From Tubiluchus corallicola (lineage: Eukaryota; Animalia; Priapulida), in assembly GCA_030141605.1 (NCBI GenBank), contig JAQGDQ010001217.1:1-54452 (forward strand): a DNA stretch of 54,452 nucleotides, written 5' to 3'. Below, in pieces: positions 1 to 40,975 of the stretch; within the stretch, counting starts at the first letter, position 1, and each line of letters starts with the position of its first letter. The translations under genes and the position numbers were made by a program. Under the pieces are notes generated by a model, which saw nothing but the letters and a program-made list of their open reading frames with translations, was not told the origin of the DNA and searched no databases.

Positions 1-1708
1 TGACCCTAAGTTCAAATGGTCGTAAGTGAACAGATTTATTAGCAGAAATAGCCACGGATAGTAAAAGTAACCAAATTTAAGAAGTCCTCATAATAAGACA
101 AGTACTGTGCTAGGCCAGATGGTAGTATGCGACCAGATTTATGAACAAAGTTAACCATGGGTCTGTTAGAAGTTAACAAACGCAGAGACGCGTTGACAAA
201 GTTCAATGTTCCATAGATGAAAATCCATCTTTTTAGATTAACTCACTTTTTATAAAAATTTTCAACTAAAATGGATTTTTACAATGAGATGTTCCTTGGT
301 GTTGTTTGAAAGTACGCATTGGGGGGGGGGGGTCGTTTTGCCCAATTGTCCAAAATGCAGGTAGGGGTCAGCAAAAGCTGTTAGTTCTTCTAGAGAGATC
401 CGTGGAGTCATGGGGGGGGTCACGTATTTTACTGAATTTGAGTTTGGGGGCATCTAAGAGCATTTTTAAGCAGTTTCTTGTGTTTTAAATTCCTTAATTT
501 GTTTGAAATAAATGAAGATCTACGTTGTCTTTAGATATCGTTGTTTAGATGTTTATGTACAATTTCTTTAAATTCAATTATTGTTCATTTTGGAATGAAA
601 TTTACGTAAAAATACACCAATTCTGAATTCATATACCCACGGCCATATTAATTAAATCATAGTTTGTTTTTTTTATATATTTTTTTGTGTATAGTTGTAA
701 ATATGTTTGATTTTATTCGTCATTACTGCACAGTAGTTTAGATTGCACTGACGCATTTGCCTTTAGCAGTGTAAGTTTTTATTAACTAACACTGATTGAT
801 CATCTCTGTAAAGTTTTTATCAGTGATTATCAATGTTTTTAATGGCAAATAAAGATTATTATATATATATATATATAAGATGAAGATGGTGAACAAATAA
901 TTAAACAAATAACTAACAAATACACAAATAAATAAACAGACAAACAAACAAAGGCACAAACAAACGAATGAACAAACAAACAAACAAATAAACAAACAAA
1001 CAAACAAAACGAATGAACAAAGTAGCGAACACTCAACATAGGTACAGCTCAATACTCTCACATTAAGTCACTATCTGAAAAAATTATGTTGACGTTTGTT
1101 AGGCTTGTGACCTTTGACCTTTACAACTAAAAATTGTGGTCTCACAGATCCTTGCCAACACACAAACACACAGACAGACGCACAGACGCGCAGACTCACT
1201 TAAATCCTCTATTCCGTGCAGTAGATGTGGGAAATAAATTAGCCTCTTCGCTTCGTTGTGCGCGCGCGCAGTTGCTATAGGTCAATGGTTAAGTGTACCA
1301 CAGCAACGCGCCTTAACTGCAACCATTACGTGAAGTGTGAGTAAAGCAAAGCCGTTTGCCACATCAGTTCAGTAACTTCAGTTCTTTTACGCGAACTTTA
1401 CTTAATCATGCATTAGTCTGTGTGTAGAGTGATTTACTAGCAGGATCTTGCTTGGGAACAAGAAAAAATTAACTAGGCAAGGTTCCAGCTAGCTGTTAAA
1501 ATTGTTACTATTACAACAGCATGGGTTGCGAGGTGTTGTCAAGTGTACACAAATGTGTTGTCTGGTACACTTAACCTTTGACCTTTTCACGATCATCATC
1601 AATCGCTGGAACTGTGAAAAATCTTATTATTAATGAACATGAAGCTAATTATAGTTTACCTACTTCTGGCTTTTCACAGTTTGTACTTCTCATGTCATTT
1701 TTTCATAG

Positions 1709-4507
1709 CAGATGATAATCCGTGCAATAGTAACCCTTGCCCAGGAAGTCACGTGTGTCTAAGTGGTAAAGAACGAGGAATGCTCTACACTTGCGCATGC
1801 CCAGTTGGTTTTACAGGAGAGAACTGTTCACTTGGTAAGTTGAGCATTTGATCTGATGCTGCCTCGTCAGAGACGTTTTATAGTTATAATCTCAGTAAAC
1901 ATTAAAGGAAAAAGAAACACTTTTATAAGCAAAGCTTAAAAATCCGACTTGAAATACTTACATAATGTCTTAATGCATAAAGGGTTTCCCTTAGCAGCAA
2001 TGCTGTATAAAACTTCAAAATTTAAACTCCCGCAATGACAGGTAAGCGCGGCCATTTTGAAAGAAAGTCGTTTGAAGCAAATTTAGATGACTTTGGGGAC
2101 AGTTTAGTAAAACAGTCACAGCATTCTAGCGCACCCATCGCTAACTAAGCAAAAGTTTAATAACTTTATATTGTTAATAAGATCAATAATGTATTTTTTG
2201 TGAGTAAGCGGTGCACACTGGGATGCATAGCTGCTTTACCAGGTGACACGTACACACTCATATCTCGGTTTGCCTGACAAAAGCGGGGAGACTTCGGTCG
2301 GTTCGAATCTGCCGATTGTCCGTATTTACCGATACTAAGTTAATACAGTAGGTGCAATGTATTAGACTAACGGTAAGGTAGAATTAATCACCTATTTGTC
2401 TCAAAAACGTCTAGTACGGGCCGCTCCTATGAAAAAGTATATAAAAACTGTCAGCAAATGACTCCAATAACTCCGCATAATTGACTCTATATTTTTATAA
2501 TGTAAAGATATACACGTGGTTACACTAATGTAATGATGTAAACAAAGTGACGTTCCGCCATCTGGTGGTCAGCTCGGTAAACAACGGACTGTGCTCGTTG
2601 TATGCGGGACCTCTGACGGTCCAGATTTTGTCCGATTCTTCTGACATCCGTAGCAGTCAGGTCTGGCAAGCCGCGATATATGAGTATATTTTAAATTACC
2701 TAGAATTTTGTTTTCGATTACATACGTCTTTCAAAAGGGTAAAGGGTTATGCTGAGTAATATACCCCGGCTGCATAAGATTATGGATATCCATAAAATAA
2801 GACCAAAAATCCATAAAATAAAATTTGAAAAATTCATAAAACAAGAAATACATAAAATAAAAAAAATATTTTTTTGTGATTTTTTGTACAAAGTAACGAG
2901 TTGTAAGCATTGGCAACACTGAAAACGAACGTTAGAAGGAGAGAAAGAGAAAGAAAACAAACCAACAAAAGCGCATTTCCGGATTTGCTATTTTACATTG
3001 TTTTTTTCTCATTGTCTTTTTGTTATCAAGGTGGCGAAGTTTCAACCAAAGCATGAGCTGGAATTCGGTCTGAAACTAAGTCCTGCGTGTTTAAAAACAC
3101 GTTTCAAACTTCCTGTTTTTACTTTTTAATTGATTTCCCCCTGGGCATCTCGTTCCAGATATAGTCTATTTCTTATTTTATTGATATCCATAAAATAAAA
3201 TTTCAAAAATCCATAAAATAAGCTATTTTATTTATTTTATACATATCCATAATCGTATGCACCCTGATATATACCTTTTGTATAGAAACTTCTTTAAGAT
3301 ACACCTTAAAAGTCCTGTTTCCTCCCTTTTAAGAAACTGGCAGTTCTAAGATCACAGGTAAAATTAAATTAAGTCTGCACGGTGGGCATGATTTTATGCT
3401 ATTATAATTTGAAAGTTATTTTGTCTTTGACTCAGAAATAAACGAGTGCGAATCGAATCCGTGCAAAAACGGGGCAACATGCTTTGATGACGTAGGCACA
3501 TTTGTGTGTCATTGCAGGACGGGATATGCAGGAAGTCTCTGCCAAACTGGTACAAAAAGTGCAAGATTTATAAACCCTCATTTCACCAAGGCTAGTGCAC
3601 TAGCTAGCTGCATAATTCTACATTTTCATTACTGTAACTATGTCTGGTTAGTTTCCGTTGTAAATCTATGACGCAAACGCACGACCATAGATTCTGCATG
3701 CTCAATTGCATTTCTAGACTTAAATGCCACGCATGCGCAGAGAGAGAGAGAGAGAGATTACTAGCCTTATGCAAAAAGTGAGGCAACGATGGCGCCATGT
3801 TTTAGTACAAATCTATCTGCTGTGGGCGCCATGTTCATTATATTATTGTTGTATTCAGCAAAAACCAAAGTGTATAAAGAGGTAAAACAGCCCTTGGGGG
3901 ACTAGAGTCGTCTTTCTGCGCATGCGTGGTATTTAAACCTATGAGTTACATTTAGGCTTACTGCTGCCATCTAGTGTACAGTTGCACCGGTTATGATCAG
4001 ATTCATAACACTACGAAATTATATATCTATGATGTTGCATATTTATTGCACACAGCATGTGCGAATGTTGCGAAAATAAACACAGTCTAACTCAGCAACA
4101 TTAAATTGTACCCTGGCACGAAGTTTCTCCATTATTAAATTTTACTGCATTTTTAATTAAGAACAAAATTATATAAGATCTCTCAAGCTTAATTATAAAT
4201 ACGTAAACATTAAATTATTATTTAAAGATGGTCACGTGTGTCTCTTCTTTCCCATTATTGTACATTATTTTCTTATAAACTACCACATTTGTATAATAAT
4301 TCAATTTTCAATCGTCTTAAATGCAAAATCTGATCATTTTTAATTACCTGGTACATGCGCGTTAAAGTTGCGAAAATTATTTAAAATTCTTCAATGCTGA
4401 GTTCGAATTCGATTCGGAAACGAAATCTTGAAATTCGATTTGATTCGAATTCGAAAGTCAAAAATTCGATTTGATTAGAATTCGCTTTCTGTTAAAGAAT
4501 GCTCACG

Positions 4508-4604
<97 letters not shown>

Positions 4605-7600
4605 GTTTATATAATTAAGTAAACATTGCCTGCAACTAGAGGCCTATGCGAATGTGTATTTTATTTGAAATGAATGATTCATCATCTTCTCTGAACTCAA
4701 TTTGTTGGCATCCTTCTGTCTCGGAAGACAATGGAGTGTGCGCCAAGAGAGTCAGTTATTGATCACATTGATGGAGCTGCAGCGTCGACTGTGGCTGAGC
4801 AGTCCGATCCTTCAACGTCTCCAGGGTGCACGCCTGGGCAATATGTATGGAGATCCTGACAACAGGAACCCCCTCTCTTCCTCCTGGGGTAGTCGTCCAA
4901 AGGAAAGCGGAGCGATACGTGTGACACCAGATTGGCTGCATGAGCTGCCGGAGTCAGTGAGCATGCTGCACTGGTCCATCTTCGGGGCTCCACTCCTGAT
5001 TTGGAAGGTTTACTCCTCTACACATGACCGTTGGGTCACTTGACCTCCTCCGCCCTCTGGGCGTTGGCTGCTTGTGCAGCTCCTCCGCCTAGTGACGAGA
5101 TACAGTGTGGACATCCCGCAAGTCTACACACTATACAATACACTTTAATAACATGATTTAATTTCAGGCTGAAAACGCATAACACACAAAACACATAAAT
5201 TATGACATCTTCTAGGTAGAAAGGTGCAGTATCATGATAGGTATGGTATTTATCTTGAAGTCTATACTTTGATTTAAATGTTTTCTTATTAGACATAAAC
5301 GAATGCGCCAGCAACCCCTGCAATCCTAATCAAGTATGTGAAGATGGAGAAGGAACGTACAGGTGTGTCTGCCTCCCAGGTTATACTGGATCAGAGTGCG
5401 AAACAGGTAACATACCAGGTGTTTCATTTCTTCTTTGTTTTCCTTCTGTTTCTGTTATCTGGGCTTTCCGTTTTTTCCGTTTTTAATTTTCCACCTCCTT
5501 TCATCAAACTCCTCAGATTTTCTCTCTCTTTTTCACAACTTTTCAAAACTGTTCCCAATTGGAGGGAATAATTTATAGAAAGAAACAGTTCGAGTTAACA
5601 TGCATCAATTATTTGTTTACAGATATTATTATTATTTATTTATTATTATTATTATATTATTTATTTGTTTACAGATGTAAACGAATGTGAATCCAATCCT
5701 TGTGCAAATAAAGGCAAATGTATAGACAAAGTGAACAAGTACACTTGTATCTGCCCTATAGGAACCACAGGTGAAAATTGTGAAATTATTGGTAAGTAAA
5801 TTACACGCTTCACTAATTCGGAACTGTTGTGTTTTGTTTCTCTCGGAAGGCTCGTAGAGAAAACCAGAAACACCTCGTCAAATTAAACTAGTTTATTATA
5901 TGAGAAATTTCTTTGACCATCTAATACCCAAATGTTTCCGGAATTTCGCTTTTGAAACGCATCGATTTCAGCTTTATATTATCTATATGAATAAATAAAA
6001 GAAGAACCTTGGACAAGAAAAATAAAAAGACGCCGTTTAAGATGGATTGGGCATATGCTTAGACAACCTGATGATATTCCAGTGAAGATAGCTCTTCAAC
6101 GAGCCATAGAACAAGCTAAAAACCTGCAGGAGGACAAATGTTAACATATTTAGATTTTGCACAGAAAGATTTAAACACTTCAGCATTGATCCTTAGAAAT
6201 AAATGCACTTGGGGCATTGCGGCGTGTAGGGAGTCCTGGCATAGGGAGGTGAGCAGAAACATGTCACTGGACGTGTGATTCATTGGATGATGATGATGAT
6301 GATTATATGAGAATTCCACAACTCACAAGTATGAAGAAACGCGAAATGTTTACAGTAAATGTGATAATCTGGAAACGTGAAAGCGAGAAAGCGTATCTGA
6401 GAATCTGAGAATACGAGGATACAGGAGAATAAACTCCAGCGGCCAGCTCCGCCTTATATATCAGTGCAAAGAAACAATCTAAAAATAGAAAGTTCTAGAA
6501 ACTTCTACAAGGTAAGAAGATTGCTCTACTGTACTATAGAACATTCTACAATATTCTATTTAATTCTGGTGGCTCTACACAACAGGAACGTGAAGCATTG
6601 GGTCACTGGCACACACGCACGCATAAACGTACACACGCACAGACGTTTTGTTCACACTAAAATTTGCAAAGAAACGTCATAAGCATGGACATAGCTACCA
6701 TGCTGTGTTTCGTATGATTCGCCATATTCGTCAGTTTCTTTAAGTCTTTCAATTCGAACATCATTTACAAGTTGAAATGAAATTCATTTTGATAAAAAAA
6801 TTGCATATAAAGTTGACTATATAGTGACAGTATAAAAACTGGCTAAATACTAATTCGAAAAACGAGACCATTATCACGGCAAAGTAGATCTGTTTATAGG
6901 GTTATTACTCTAGCGAGTAATCCAAAAGTCAAGAATTTTTAAAAACACTTAAAGCTCTAAAATGTCTTTAATCCTTAGTCCTTAATCCTCAGAGCTTAAT
7001 CCTCAGAGCTTAATTCACAATGCATTAATTCACATTACCTAATCCTTGCTGGATAATCCTCAGTGTTTAATCCACAGTACTTAATCTTCAGTGCTTAATC
7101 CTCACTACTTAATCCTCAGTACTTAATAATTTGTACTTCATCCTTAGCACTTAATCTTCAGTGCTTAATCCTGACTACTTAATCCTCAGTACCTAATAGT
7201 TTGTACTTAATCCTTAGTACTTAATATTCAGTACTTAATAGTTTGTACTTAATCCTTAGTACTTAATCCTCAGTACTTAAAAGTTTGTACTTCATCCTTA
7301 GTACTTAATCCTCAGTACTTAAAAGTTTGTACTTAATCCTTAGTACTTAATCCTCAGTACTTAATAATTGGTACTTAATCCTTAGTACTTAATCCTCAGT
7401 ACTTAATAATTGGTACTTAATCCTTAGTACTTAATCCTCAGTACTTAATAATTGGTACTTAATCCTTAGTACTTAATCCCCAGTGCTCAATAATTGGTAC
7501 TTAATCCTTAGTACTTAATCCCCAGTGCTTAATTCTCAATACTTAGTCATCAGTACTTGGTCCACAGCAAAAAGCATCAAAACTGTGGCGGGCCCGAAAC

Positions 7601-8148
7601 CTATCCACGAGATACTAGACACTGCATGGATAATGCAGAGGTGTTTCAGCATGATGTTAATACCAGATTGTAAATATTTCTGGACAGTTCCATTAATTTT
7701 ACGTGGTGAAGCATTCTGCCATCTTGTGCCAAATCACTGTACTAATTTCAGGCAACAGGCTCACGTTTCCACTTCTGTTACAGGTGCTGACGACTGCGTT
7801 GCTCAGCCTTGTTTACACGGAAGTTGCATTGACGGCGACGGTGAATATTCGTGTGAATGTGATTCAGGATATTACGGCAAAAACTGTGATTTGGGTAAGT
7901 ATTTTATCTGTTTAAATGATCATTAACACTACATGTTTCAAATTTAGGAACAGAATTGTCGGTAATAACCTTCTTGTGTCTCTGACAACACCAAACAACG
8001 ACAAAAACAACAGCAGCAGCAGCAACAACAACCACAACAGCAGCAACAAGGACAACAGCAGTAACAGCAGCAGCAACAGCAGCAGCAACAACAACAACAA
8101 CAGCAACAGCAGCAGCAGTAACAACAACAACAGCAGCAGCAGCAACAA

Positions 8149-8183
<35 letters not shown>

Positions 8184-8190
8184 ACAACAA

Positions 8191-8235
<45 letters not shown>

Positions 8236-8266
8236 TTGCATCAGAAACATGAACAGCAGCAGTAGC

Positions 8267-8358
<92 letters not shown>

Positions 8359-8378
8359 CCACAACCACAACCACAACC

Positions 8379-8441
<63 letters not shown>

Positions 8442-11191
8442 GCAACAGCAACAGCAACAGCAACAACAACAACAACAACAACAAAACAACAACAACAACG
8501 GAAACTAGAACTGAACTAAACTATTTAATGCAAATAGCGCACGCGCAGATGATTTGCTGTACTGATTAATTTGCATGTTGCTTTACTATTATAGAAATCA
8601 ACGAATGTAGTTCTTCGCCATGTGTAAATGGAGGAACTTGTGTGGATCTTGTGGATGTTTATCGATGTGTTTGTCCTGCTGGATGGACTGGTGTCAACTG
8701 TGAAAGTACTAGACCTTGCATACCGGTAAAGTACAACGAAGTCTTTTTCTTTTTCTTCTTCTTCTTCTTGTTCTTATCATCATCACCAATGCCATAACCA
8801 TTGTTGTCATTAGCATTGCCATTGCAGTCATAGAATTCTCATTTTTAAACAAACTGGCTTCCTATTTTTACCAGGGAGCAGAGTTTCAATGCGAAAGTGG
8901 AAATCCAAGATGCATCGAATTTGATTTGTTGGAAGATGGAAAACAGGATTGTGAAGATGGATCAGACGAAGGTAAACAGAATGCCATCTTTACTTTTTTC
9001 TCACTTTTAAGTAAAAGCTAAAGTTTAAGGTATGTTTAGACAAATGAAAGTTACCTGATCATGTGATTAAATTAACAATCACATAAAGGAAATGTACACA
9101 CAAGTGAACATGCAATTAAATAAACAAAAAAAATCAAATAAACAAACAAATAAACAATCAAACAAAGCAACAAACAAATGAACATGCAATTTATTAACAC
9201 AGCAAACACGAAAGTTCTTTGCATAAGGTGTTTACTGCAGCCTTTATTTTCTAAAGGAGAAAAACAAAAGAATACTTAAAATTTTCAGTAATGTAATTTG
9301 AACAAAAACTACAGATATTTGAACAAAAAAATTACACAGAAAATTGCTATCTAATTAATAAACTTGGATTTACAAAAATCACTTACTTCATTCGGCTAGA
9401 GTGAGCACACTGTTTATGGTTTATGAAGCATGACATTAAATTTCTCACATAAAAATTGCATTATCCACATTACAAGTAAGTCTCTGCAATAACCAGTTGA
9501 GTCTGCCAGCAATTGCCCACTTGTCCCCTTTAGTTTTTGGCTCCCTCATGCGGGAAAAATAAAAAACGAATTATGTGGGTAACTGCGTAATTTTCCCATA
9601 AATTGCCCACTTGTCCCCTTTAGTTTTTGGCTCCCTCATGCGGGAAAAATAAAAAACGAATTATATGGGTAACTGCGTAATTTTCCCATAAATTGCCCAC
9701 TTGTCCCCTTTAGTTTTTGGCTCCCTCATGCGGGAAAAATAAAAAACGAATTATATGGGCAACTGCGTAATTTGCCCATAAATTGCCCACTTGTCCCCTT
9801 TAGTTTTTGGCTCCCTCATGCGGGAAAAATAAAAAACGAATTATATGGGCAACTGCGTAATTTGCCCATAACACAATTGAATAAACAAAAAAATAATCAA
9901 GTAAACAAAAACAAACAAAAGAACGAATTTAACCAACGAACGAACAAAGAATGAAGAAGTGAAAGGTATTGATTGTTGAAAAGACAACCTAACAAATGAT
10001 TTGAAATCCAAAAGTGAAAGAGTTAAAACAATTCAAGCAGAAAATATAGCGGTTGTACGCGATATGCGTTCGACTTCGTTTTATCTGAAGAAAAAATAAA
10101 AATTATTTTTGCTAAACCAACGTCAAAACATTAAGTAACTGGTATAATGATAATTAACAATAATATGACATGACGAAATGTGAAGAAATGAAACTTACAT
10201 CTTTGCCGCATACCCGGTGACTCACTTCTTTCATATCTTAACTGTTAAATCAGGCCAATGGCCTATTTCCTGACCTGGCTCACCTGTCTAAACTTGGGAA
10301 AACAAACACCAGGAGGCACCACGTGCTTATATCCAAAACAGTAACAGTAACAGTAACAGTAACAGTAACAGTAACAGTAACAGTAACAGTAACAGTAACA
10401 GTAACAGTAACAGTAACAGTAACAGTAACAGTAACAGTAACAGTAACAGTAACAGTAACAGTAACAGTAACAGTAACAGTAACAGTAACAGTAACAGTAA
10501 CAGTAACAGTAACAGTAACAGTAACAGTAACAGTAACAGTAACAGTAACAGTAACAGTAACACTAACAGTAACAGTAACAATAACAATAACAATAACAAT
10601 AACAATAATAATAATAATAATAATAACTAAGTGTCAAAGAGAAGAAACGTACGTCTACAGGCGTCTGTTGCAGCTTATATTCCATTTTGTAAAATATTCG
10701 ATAAGAGTATATAGCTGAGTGGTCACGATATTATGCTTACTGACAAAGTCAAGAATGGCAGCAAGCCTGGTTAGTTAGTGGGTGGGTGGCTGGCACTTGC
10801 ACACGTGCTCTAAACATTTTTATTCGCCATCATGATTCTGGCTGTTTACCTCGTAGACGGAGATGGAAGTAATCTGAACGTGACTGAGACACTTCTGCTG
10901 GTTCAAAAGCTCCTATTAGAGCCACAGCCTTGATAAAGAGCTAGATTCCGGTATTGCCACAACCATCTATATTAAGTAGACCCTATTGAATTGCGTAAAA
11001 ACTGTATTAATATAATGGCAGTTTTTTATTTTCATATTTCAGTTTGTGCCGGTCAAGCCGCAACTCTCACTTTTTACTCACCTGTCTGGAAGCCATTTTT
11101 TCGTTGCCTTGTGGGAAGACCTTCGTGCATTTACTGGTGGAGAGTTAACGACGGAATGAAGGATTGTCAGAATGGCGAAGACGAAGTTTAA
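1709..11191 (+). CDS. 3' part of a spliced gene for a multi-EGF plus 2x LDLa protein (Notch/fibropellin-type EGF repeats; no TM in the visible part; 5' end not identified)
   Basis: Phase-compatible AG/GT-bounded exons: 1709(or 1712)-1834, 3436-3549, 5293-5406, 5675-5791, 7784-7894, 8595-8725, 8875-8971, 11043-11191 (TAA). They encode six EGF repeats, several Ca-binding type (e.g. [37 protein letters not shown]). Two LDLa-like modules follow: [35 protein letters not shown] and CAG...[30 protein letters not shown]. Confidence 0.88.
2766..3266. mobile_element. Non-autonomous TIR element (MITE, hAT-like CAGGG end)
   Basis: About 24-bp imperfect TIRs: (CC)GGCTGCATAAGATTATGGATAT and ATATCCATAATCGTATGCACCCTG, with internal ATCCATAAAATAA subrepeats. 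Confidence 0.6.
3720..3938. mobile_element. Small inverted-repeat element (MITE-like)
   Basis: TTAAATGCCACGCATGCGCAGA ... TCTGCGCATGCGTGGTATTTAA inverted pair. Confidence 0.5.
4702..5113 (-). mobile_element. About 410-bp dispersed GC-rich repeat, copy 1 (possibly LINE 3'-derived)
   Basis: Highly similar to 33060-33471 with the same two boundaries. The minus-strand translation ([16 protein letters not shown]) loosely resembles CR1/L2-group ORF2 C-termini. Confidence 0.65.
5975..6303 (+). mobile_element. RTE-clade LINE 3' fragment
   Basis: Translates to [32 protein letters not shown]...GGQMLTY...KDL...RESW and ends in a (GAT)n tail. Confidence 0.75.
6968..7545. repeat. About 14-bp-based minisatellite (TACTTAATCCTCAG) with about 44-bp higher-order units
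   Basis: Visible tandem periodicity. Confidence 0.85.
7986..8498. repeat. (AAC/AGC)n compound microsatellite
   Basis: Seen directly; it is the source of the low-complexity ORFs. Confidence 0.95.
9511..9870. repeat. 90-bp tandem repeat x4
   Basis: AATTGCCCAC recurs at 9511, 9601, 9691 and 9781. Confidence 0.95.
10337..10626. repeat. (AACAGT)n microsatellite grading into (AAT)n
   Basis: Seen directly. Confidence 0.95.
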
Positions 11192-11222
11192 GATGCTAGT
11201 CACAAGAAATGTCGAAAGCAAG

Positions 11223-11228
11223 AATAAA
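11223..11228 (+). terminator. Candidate polyadenylation signal of the EGF/LDLa gene
   Basis: AATAAA 32 nt after the stop codon, with a second AATAAA at about 11353. Confidence 0.45.
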
Positions 11229-11534
11229 ATTTGTTTTTATTTATCGTTAATGCATTAGACTGAATGTTTTTATCTAAAGTTCGTTATCGAAAAATATTAT
11301 TAGTGTTTGATGTCCATTGTCGTGTCACCTGTATATATTTGTTAATGAAAGCAATAAACAAATGAGTTGATACATCATGATGTACTTATTTACATTATCA
11401 CTTCATAACATACAATCTGTAAATGTGAATATATACGTGTTAGTAGACGTCACAACATATTTACAATTTAATATTTAATCATGGTAACTTCTATCCCGAC
11501 ACCTAGCGTGTCTATATTAAATTTAGAGATAAAC

Positions 11535-12455
11535 TCACTTCCTTTTAACTACAGTTAGTACATGTTAAGTTAAGAGATAGCTTTGCCTCTAAACGTGGGG
11601 AAAACTAACTTCCCTTTAACTACAGTTAGTACATGTTAAGTTAAGAGATAGCTTTGCCTCTAAACGTGGGGAAAACTAACTTCCCTTTAACTACAGTTAG
11701 TACATATTAAGTTAAGAGATAGCTTTGCCTCTAAACGTGGGGAAAACTAACTTCCCTTTAACTACAGTTAGTACATGTTAAGTTAAGAGATAGCTTTACC
11801 TCTAAACGTGGGGAAAACTGACTTCCCTTTAACTACAGTTAGTACATATTAAGTTAAGAGATAGCTTTGCCTCTAAAGTAGGGAAAAACTAACTTCCCTT
11901 TAACTACAGTTAGTACATATTAAACGTGGGGAAAAACTAACTTCCCTTTAACTACGTGGGGAAAACTAACTTCCCTTTAGCTACAGTTAGTACATATTAA
12001 GTTAAGAGATAGCTTTGCCTCTAAACGTGGGGAAAACTAACTTCCTTTTAACTACAGTTAGCACATATTAAGTGAAGAGTTAGCTTTGCCTCTAAAAGTG
12101 GGGAAAACTTTACTTCCTTTTAACTACAGTTAGTACATATTAAGTTAAGAGACAGCTTTGCCTCTAAACGTGGGGAAAACTGACTTCCCTTTAACTACAG
12201 TTAGTACATATTAAGTTTGGAGATAGCTTTACCTCTAAACGTGGGGAAAACTGACTTCCCTTTAACTACAGTTAGTACATATTAAGTTAAGAGATAGCTT
12301 TACCTCTAAACGTGGGGGAAAACTAACTTCCCTTTAACTACAGTTAGCACATGTTAAGTTTGGAGATAGCTTTGCCTCTAAACGTGGGGAAAACTAACTT
12401 CCTTTTAACTACAGTTAGTGCATATTAAGTTAAGAGATAGCTTTGCCTCTTAAAC
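11535..12455. repeat. 71-bp tandem repeat, about 13 copies, intergenic
   Basis: TTCCCTTTAACTACAGTTAGTACATATTAAGTTAAGAGATAGCTTTGCCTCTAAACGTGGGGAAAACTAAC repeated. Confidence 0.92.
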
Positions 12456-12770
12456 TGGAGGAAAACCTGCTCCATCAACTTTCATGGTCGTCAGGTCTTT
12501 CCCAACGAGTTATTTCCTGCCTCGGACTTTATACCAGGCCTATTCATTAAACAGTTTCACGGTTAATGATGCAATAAGGCAGTTTCTTATATACATACTT
12601 TCACAATAAAACTACAAAAGTAATTATATACTATTTCTTTAAGCACTTCGCACAGTTACTTATACAGAGCAAATGTTAGTTTGCCTAGTTCAGCAATGAG
12701 TTTTCGACAAGAAATACACTTCATTTGCTTGCGGTAATCATAATAATGTAGTGAGAACACCTTCCCAAAA

Positions 12771-12784
12771 CACGTGTGACGTCA
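12771..12784. promoter_or_regulatory. Adjacent E-box (CACGTG) and CRE (TGACGTCA) about 770 bp upstream of the predicted DCST1 ATG
   Basis: Exact consensus matches in CACGTGTGACGTCA. The motifs are short and could be chance; another TGACGTCA lies at about 25605. Confidence 0.25.
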
Positions 12785-13547
12785 CGCAAGTACTCAAGAG
12801 TCAGTCACACACCCAGTCCGGTGGTGTCTGCTGAACTCCTCCTTGTTGCCACGCTTGTATATATACTAATACAACTAAGACAACTAATACAACTAATACT
12901 AGGTAAACTAAGATTGTAAAAAATTATTATCCAGAAAAATACATTCCCCGCTATTAAAATTATTACCCAAATCGCTAATTAACATAGAACAGATACTTTT
13001 CATAGCGATTATAGAGAACATTTGCATCTATGTGAACACATCTATGCCTAAAATTCCACTACAATACAGTTATACACATTACAATAGCGTGTGCTGTGAG
13101 GAGTTGTCAAGCGTACACAAACGCGTTGTCTGGTACACTTAACCTTTGACCTTTTCGCGATCATCATCAATCGCTGGAACTGTAAAGGGGTTTTTTACTA
13201 TGATTATCTGTACGTCTACAGGAATAGAATTTTTTAAGTTGTATGTTAGCTATTGTTTTCACTTCAAAACTATTCTAAATTTTTCCATTGTTATTCAAAT
13301 TTTCTACTTCACTGAAAGTTTGCACACGTTTCGCGTATTTTCACTGTAATTTCACAAATTTTAACAAAAGTTTTTACATAACATTCAAGCTCTTTCAACG
13401 AAGGAAAACGATTCTTCGAGACTATGTGACATTCAACAACAAACATTCTTTAAAATAAGCCCAAGAAATGAATATTCAAGGCTGCAAATGGTGGTGGATT
13501 AGTCTAACTAGAACAGATTTTTTCGACTAAGGAATTTAATTGTGAAG

Positions 13548-40950
<27,403 letters not shown>

Positions 40951-40975
<25 letters not shown>

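Noticed and set aside
4400-4485. Cluster of TTCGAA/GAATTC palindromes as a regulatory (heat-shock-like) element
   Set aside because: More likely a degenerate ATTCG repeat or MITE remnant in an intron; there is no supporting promoter context.
7904-8569. Poly-N/V/L/C ORFs here and similar ones at 10.3, 15.8, 17, 22, 27 and 36-39 kb
   Set aside because: These are translations of microsatellites.
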